From contig JAZDKB010000006.1 of NCBI GenBank assembly GCA_043803405.1, positions 64,001 through 128,000 of the forward strand: a DNA stretch of 64,000 bases, in the 5' to 3' direction. This stretch comes from Spirochaetota bacterium. Its GTDB lineage: Bacteria; Spirochaetota; UBA4802; JAFGDQ01. The position numbers were made by a program, and so were the translations under genes. Below, in pieces: positions 59,490 to 64,000 of the stretch (position 1 is the stretch's first letter; every line of letters begins with the position of its first letter). Below the pieces are notes generated by a model, which was given only the letters and a program-made list of their open reading frames with translations, did no database searches and was not told the origin of the DNA.

Positions 59490-60041
59490 ATGATTAACCT
59501 GAAAACTATCCACAGAGATTATATATTGATATTGTTTTTTGGTGCATCGGCATTAATATTATCTTTAGTAATTGGGATATTTTCAGGGAACAGTGTCGCA
59601 ACTATTTTCATCAGAGCTTTAACTAATACGGTTTTATTCTCTGTTTTAGGATTTATATGTTTGTTCGTGCTTAAAAAGTTTGTTCCCGAATTATATCAAA
59701 TAGTCAATTCATTGAATATCAATAAGGAAGTTGAAATAAAATCAGAAGATCTGGCCAATAAAGACATTAAGCCGAATAATAATGCTAATAACGTTGAACC
59801 AGGAGAAAAGACATCTGTCCAATCAGAATCTGATGTTGCAGTAAATACAGGACGGGAAGATGCTGCATTGGAAAATGAATTTAACAGAATGGAAAAACCA
59901 AGCGAAATATATTCCTCTTTAGGAGCGGATAATAATGATCCGACCGGCGGCTCACAAAAACTTTTCAAAGACAATAAAATAAAATATGAACCTAAAATCG
60001 CCGCTCAGGCGATAAGGACAATGATGAAAAGAGATGAATAA
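59490..60041 (+). CDS. Hypothetical membrane protein of the flagellar cluster
   Basis: Two TM helices; C-terminal PKIAAQAIRTMM; lies between flhG and fliA. Confidence 0.75.
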   Translation: MINLKTIHRDYILILFFGASALILSLVIGIFSGNSVATIFIRALTNTVLFSVLGFICLFVLKKFVPELYQIVNSLNINKEVEIKSEDLANKDIKPNNNANNVEPGEKTSVQSESDVAVNTGREDAALENEFNRMEKPSEIYSSLGADNNDPTGGSQKLFKDNKIKYEPKIAAQAIRTMMKRDE

Positions 60042-60047
60042 AAACAA

Positions 60048-60863
60048 ATGAAAAAAGAAAATGTCGAAATAAATAACCTCAATGATTTGAATAGTTCTGA
60101 AGAAGACGAACTATGGAAAAATTTCGTTAAAACAAATGATCAAAAAATTCGGGATTATTTCGTAATTAAATATTCACCGCTTGTTAAATATGTGGCAGGG
60201 AAGATTTCGATGAGTATGCCGCAAAATGTAGAGTTTGAAGATTTAATTGCTTATGGAATTTTTGGTTTAATTGATGCTATTAATAAGTTTGATCCGAGCA
60301 GGGGAATCAAGTTTAAAACATATGCAATGACAAGAGTGCGTGGTGCTATTTTTGATGAACTCAGATCAATAGACTGGGTTCCCAGATCGATCAGGCAAAA
60401 AGCGAAACAGATTGAACTGGTAATATCTGAACTTGAGAATAAATTAGGAAGAACAGTTGAAGATGAAGAAATAGCAAAGGAGATGGGAGTCACAGGCGAG
60501 GAATTTCAGATACTTTTAAACAAGCTAACCGGGGCATCAATACTGTCTTTGAATGATATATGGTATCTTGGAGATGACAGCGACGAACTGTCAATTATTG
60601 AGACACTGGAAGCTCCCGAAAATATGAATCCCGATATTTTAATTGAGAAAGAAGAGATCAGGGATCATATTGTAGATGCCATTAAAAAGCTGCCGGATAA
60701 AGAAAAGAAAGTAATTGTTTTATATTATTATGAGGACCTAACCCTGAAGGAAATAGGAGCGGTTCTCGATGTAACTGAAAGCAGGGTATCACAGCTTCAT
60801 ACAAAAGCCATAATGAGATTACGTGGAAGATTAGGCCGAATAAAATCCAATATTGTTGGATAA
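60048..60863 (+). CDS. fliA: RNA polymerase sigma-28 (FliA/WhiG)
   Basis: [44 protein letters not shown]. Confidence 0.95.
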   Translation: MKKENVEINNLNDLNSSEEDELWKNFVKTNDQKIRDYFVIKYSPLVKYVAGKISMSMPQNVEFEDLIAYGIFGLIDAINKFDPSRGIKFKTYAMTRVRGAIFDELRSIDWVPRSIRQKAKQIELVISELENKLGRTVEDEEIAKEMGVTGEEFQILLNKLTGASILSLNDIWYLGDDSDELSIIETLEAPENMNPDILIEKEEIRDHIVDAIKKLPDKEKKVIVLYYYEDLTLKEIGAVLDVTESRVSQLHTKAIMRLRGRLGRIKSNIVG

Positions 60864-60937
60864 TAATATTTTTTCTGTCGCATTCCGAGGAGAAAATAGT
60901 AATATGTTTTTAACTGCTTGCGTCGGATAATTATAAA

Positions 60938-62938
60938 ATGAGTAATTTAAAAGATTTTTTAAAGAATATTAACGATGGAAGCGAAAATACTTCTGCGGAT
61001 AATGAAGTCGAAATTTTTGCCGATTCTGTTAAACAGGCGCTTGAGCTTGCTTCACGCGAGTTTAATGTTGATATATCAATGCTCGATTATGAGATTCTTG
61101 AAAAAGGCACTCCCGGAGTGCTGGGCATAGGCAGAAAACCCTATCATTTACTTGTAAAGCACTCGGAAACAACCTCACAATATAAAGACATACTTGAAAT
61201 AGAAAAAAAACTTTCCAAAGTTTCACTTGCTGAAGATATCGACTTAAAAAAAGTAAATAAAAGTGAAGATGGAAAATGCAAAATAAGAGTAAGCAAAACA
61301 GGAATATGGCTTACTATTTCTCCGCCTAAAGCCAAGGGGAAAAAAGTTGAAGTTACGGAAGTCAGGGAACAGCTTAATTTACTCAGAATATCGAATGTTG
61401 ATAATAAAAAAATAGAAAAAGCTGTGTCTGGTAAAACAGACAAACCTGTTAAAATCGGAGAATGGATTCCCAATCCGGAAAACGACAGTAAAATGTCGGT
61501 AGAGATGTCCGATGATGAAATGAAAGCTTTTGTAAAAATAATACGGCCTCGTTTCTCAGGAAGACATCTTGATCTTGATGATATTTTACCGGAGCTAAAG
61601 TCCGCGGGTGTAGTCACAGGCATAGATGAAGAAAGAATTAATAAATATCTGGATGATATGGATTATTCATCCGTTCTTATTGGAGCAGAAGGCGTTAAAC
61701 CAAAACATGGTCGAGATGCATATATCGATTATAAAGTTAGAATAGATAAATCCCGGACAGTATTTGAAGAAGATGAAAAAGGCCAGGTTGATTTTAAGGA
61801 TCTGGATTTGCTTGAAAATGTTGTTGTCGGCCAGGTCCTTGCGGTAAAAATGCCTTCAGAAGAAGGCATACCCGGTAGAACAATAACCAATAGAGTTCTT
61901 CCTGCGAAATCAGGAAAAGATACAGCATTAAAATATGGCAAAGGCACTATTCTTTCCGAAAACGGTCTTGAGCTTACAGCAGAGATCAATGGCCAGGTAG
62001 TTTTTCAGCATGGCAAATTAAGTGTAGAACCTGTTCATGTTGTTAAAGGAGATGTATCTTTAGAGACCGGAAATATAGTTTTTCTCGGTTCGGTTCTTAT
62101 TACAGGAAATGTGCAGGATAATTTTATTGTTAAATCAGCCGGCAATATTGAAGTAAGAGGAGCAGTGCAAAAAGCCTTTCTTGAAGCTGAAGGGAATATA
62201 ATAGTAAGACAGGGCATAGTCGGAAGAGATGAGGCTAAAATTGAATCGACAGGTGGGTCAATCTATGCAAAATTTATTCAATCAGCAAATGTAATAGTTG
62301 AAAAAGACGTTATTGTCCCGGAAGGTATACTGCACTCCAATGTGGATGCAGGCGGCAGAATTATTTGCATAGGCCGCAGGGCAAAGATAGTCGGCGGAAC
62401 TATCCGGGCAGGCGAAGAAGTAAATGCCAAATATTTAGGATCGGATACATTTACAAAAACCGATATAAGTGTCGGAATAAATCCTAAAGTTTTACAGCAA
62501 ATATCTGATATGAAAACAATTGTAAAAGAGTCTTCGGAAGAATTAGAAAAAGTAAATCTGGATTTAAACACATTGAAAATACAAAAAGCCGGTTCAGGCG
62601 GTAAGTTGCCGGCAGATAAAGATGAATTATACAATAAATTATTAGCCCAAAAACAAAAACTGACAGGAAGAATGCATGAGGTCGGTATAGAACAGGAAGA
62701 GTTGAAAGCATATCTGAATATCCTTGAGCAAAAAGGTAAAGTGTGCGCAGAACAAAGCATTTATCCTGGAGTAGATATTCATATTAAAGATGAGAAATTT
62801 GCGGTTAAGGATCAATATTCGCATGTAAAATTTGTAATGGAAAATGATGGCATTAAGATATATGAATATGAACCGCCACAATTTACCGATGATCAGACAA
62901 AATTGATGGCACATACAAGGATAAGAAGAAAGTCATAG
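60938..62938 (+). CDS. fapA: FapA (DUF342) protein with Jag_N-like N-terminus
   Basis: GDVSLETGNIVFLGSVLITGNVQD beta-helix; N-terminal SVKQALELA...YEILEKG..GVLGIG. Confidence 0.85.
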   Translation: MSNLKDFLKNINDGSENTSADNEVEIFADSVKQALELASREFNVDISMLDYEILEKGTPGVLGIGRKPYHLLVKHSETTSQYKDILEIEKKLSKVSLAEDIDLKKVNKSEDGKCKIRVSKTGIWLTISPPKAKGKKVEVTEVREQLNLLRISNVDNKKIEKAVSGKTDKPVKIGEWIPNPENDSKMSVEMSDDEMKAFVKIIRPRFSGRHLDLDDILPELKSAGVVTGIDEERINKYLDDMDYSSVLIGAEGVKPKHGRDAYIDYKVRIDKSRTVFEEDEKGQVDFKDLDLLENVVVGQVLAVKMPSEEGIPGRTITNRVLPAKSGKDTALKYGKGTILSENGLELTAEINGQVVFQHGKLSVEPVHVVKGDVSLETGNIVFLGSVLITGNVQDNFIVKSAGNIEVRGAVQKAFLEAEGNIIVRQGIVGRDEAKIESTGGSIYAKFIQSANVIVEKDVIVPEGILHSNVDAGGRIICIGRRAKIVGGTIRAGEEVNAKYLGSDTFTKTDISVGINPKVLQQISDMKTIVKESSEELEKVNLDLNTLKIQKAGSGGKLPADKDELYNKLLAQKQKLTGRMHEVGIEQEELKAYLNILEQKGKVCAEQSIYPGVDIHIKDEKFAVKDQYSHVKFVMENDGIKIYEYEPPQFTDDQTKLMAHTRIRRKS

Positions 62939-62948
62939 GTAATCCTCA

Positions 62949-63269
62949 ATGACAGTTAAACCAATTGATATCCAGACAAATATTTCACACATGCACGAGG
63001 TCGCAAAAGGAGAACACGTGCGGTCTGCGATTAATATAGAAGGTCAGCATAAGCTTGAGAAGGATGCAGAGGAAGAAGCAAATAGAATTAAAAACAAATT
63101 AGATGCAAATAAACATGCTGAAAAAACTACAATAATGAGAGAGGAAGCTCGTAAACAAAAAAAAGAGAAAAAATTAATAAAAGATGAATCAAAGAAAAAT
63201 GATTCAGATAGAAAACAGAATTTAACAAAATTTATAAATATAGGTCTTAAAATAGACGTAAAGAGGTGA
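62949..63269 (+). CDS. Hypothetical protein following fapA
   Basis: MTVKPIDIQT...IGLKIDVKR; 10 nt after fapA. Confidence 0.75.
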   Translation: MTVKPIDIQTNISHMHEVAKGEHVRSAINIEGQHKLEKDAEEEANRIKNKLDANKHAEKTTIMREEARKQKKEKKLIKDESKKNDSDRKQNLTKFINIGLKIDVKR

Positions 63270-63270
63270 C

Positions 63271-64000
63271 ATGGAATTTATTATATTGATTTTTATCAAT
63301 ATTATAATGGGCGCTTTGTTTTATTTAATACTTAGATTAAAGCTGGAAAAGCATGCTTCTGATTACAGAGAAAAAAGATTTAGAAGGGAAATGGATGAAA
63401 TAATCTGTGCTTTTAATGAAACAGCGGAAAGGAATATTACAATATTAGAGAAAAAAATTGAATATCTGAAAAAAATTATAAAAACTGCTGGTTTGGCCGG
63501 CAGCATAAGTTACGATGTCGATGACAACATGCTTAAAAATGATAAAGCAATTGAGAATGATAATATTAAGATATTGGAAAATTCAGGTAATAAGGCAGGT
63601 AAATCAGTCGATATTAAGCTAAATAGTAAATTAAACAGTAACGGTTCAATAATAAAAGGTTATCTTCAGATAAAAGGCAGATTATTTGATGCCTACAAAT
63701 CCATATTCGAAAACAGGCATAACGTTTCATTAGATATACAATCAGATAATACAGATAAAATCATGAAAGGACAGGATACTATTCCTGTCGAATTGCTGGC
63801 AAAATATGATCGGTCTATGGAAGAAAGTAAAAAAAAATGTATTACTAAAGACACAATTAATAATGACCTCGAGAAATCTGAATTTAAATTAATTGAAATG
63901 TTTAAACATTCAGACGATAAATATATTTTAATATCTCAATTATATAATGAAGGTTATCCGGCAGACTTCCTCTGTAAATGCTCCGGTATCCCTATGGGTG
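63271..64000 (+). CDS. Hypothetical membrane-anchored protein, truncated by the window end
   Basis: ATG at 63271 after GAGGTG; N-terminal TM helix then FNETAERNITILE; frame appears open to the end. Confidence 0.7.
   Translation, partial: MEFIILIFINIIMGALFYLILRLKLEKHASDYREKRFRREMDEIICAFNETAERNITILEKKIEYLKKIIKTAGLAGSISYDVDDNMLKNDKAIENDNIKILENSGNKAGKSVDIKLNSKLNSNGSIIKGYLQIKGRLFDAYKSIFENRHNVSLDIQSDNTDKIMKGQDTIPVELLAKYDRSMEESKKKCITKDTINNDLEKSEFKLIEMFKHSDDKYILISQLYNEGYPADFLCKCSGIPMG

Overview
AT-rich bacterial chromosome segment, most consistent with a free-living Spirochaetota (Leptospirales-like) organism, inferred from the fliL-fliY-fliO-fliPQR-flhBAF-flhG-fliA-fapA order and the rplU-prp-rpmA-obgE context. 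Core blocks: rplU-prp-rpmA-obgE, proB-secA-glmM, three tRNAs, tig-clpP-clpX-lon, ptsI, pcm and a large flagellar export/switch cluster. Two accessory patches (about 2.6-7.7 kb and 28.6-37.7 kb) carry three type II toxin-antitoxin pairs, a FISUMP lipoprotein, rmlD/rmlB and several families of GC-rich intergenic repeats. Strongest leads: (1) an uncharacterised 156-aa gene followed directly by a 12-unit 21-nt repeat array with long internal hairpins; (2) an intact Prp protease beside an L27 that has no cleavable extension, while FlhB carries a Prp-type motif (FDLQLF|A); (3) 154-bp direct repeats bracketing an MNT-HEPN module; (4) a GTCGGCCGAC repeat family bracketing a USP gene. No transposase, integrase, reverse transcriptase, CRISPR array or rRNA was recognised. 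All calls were made by eye, without database searches.
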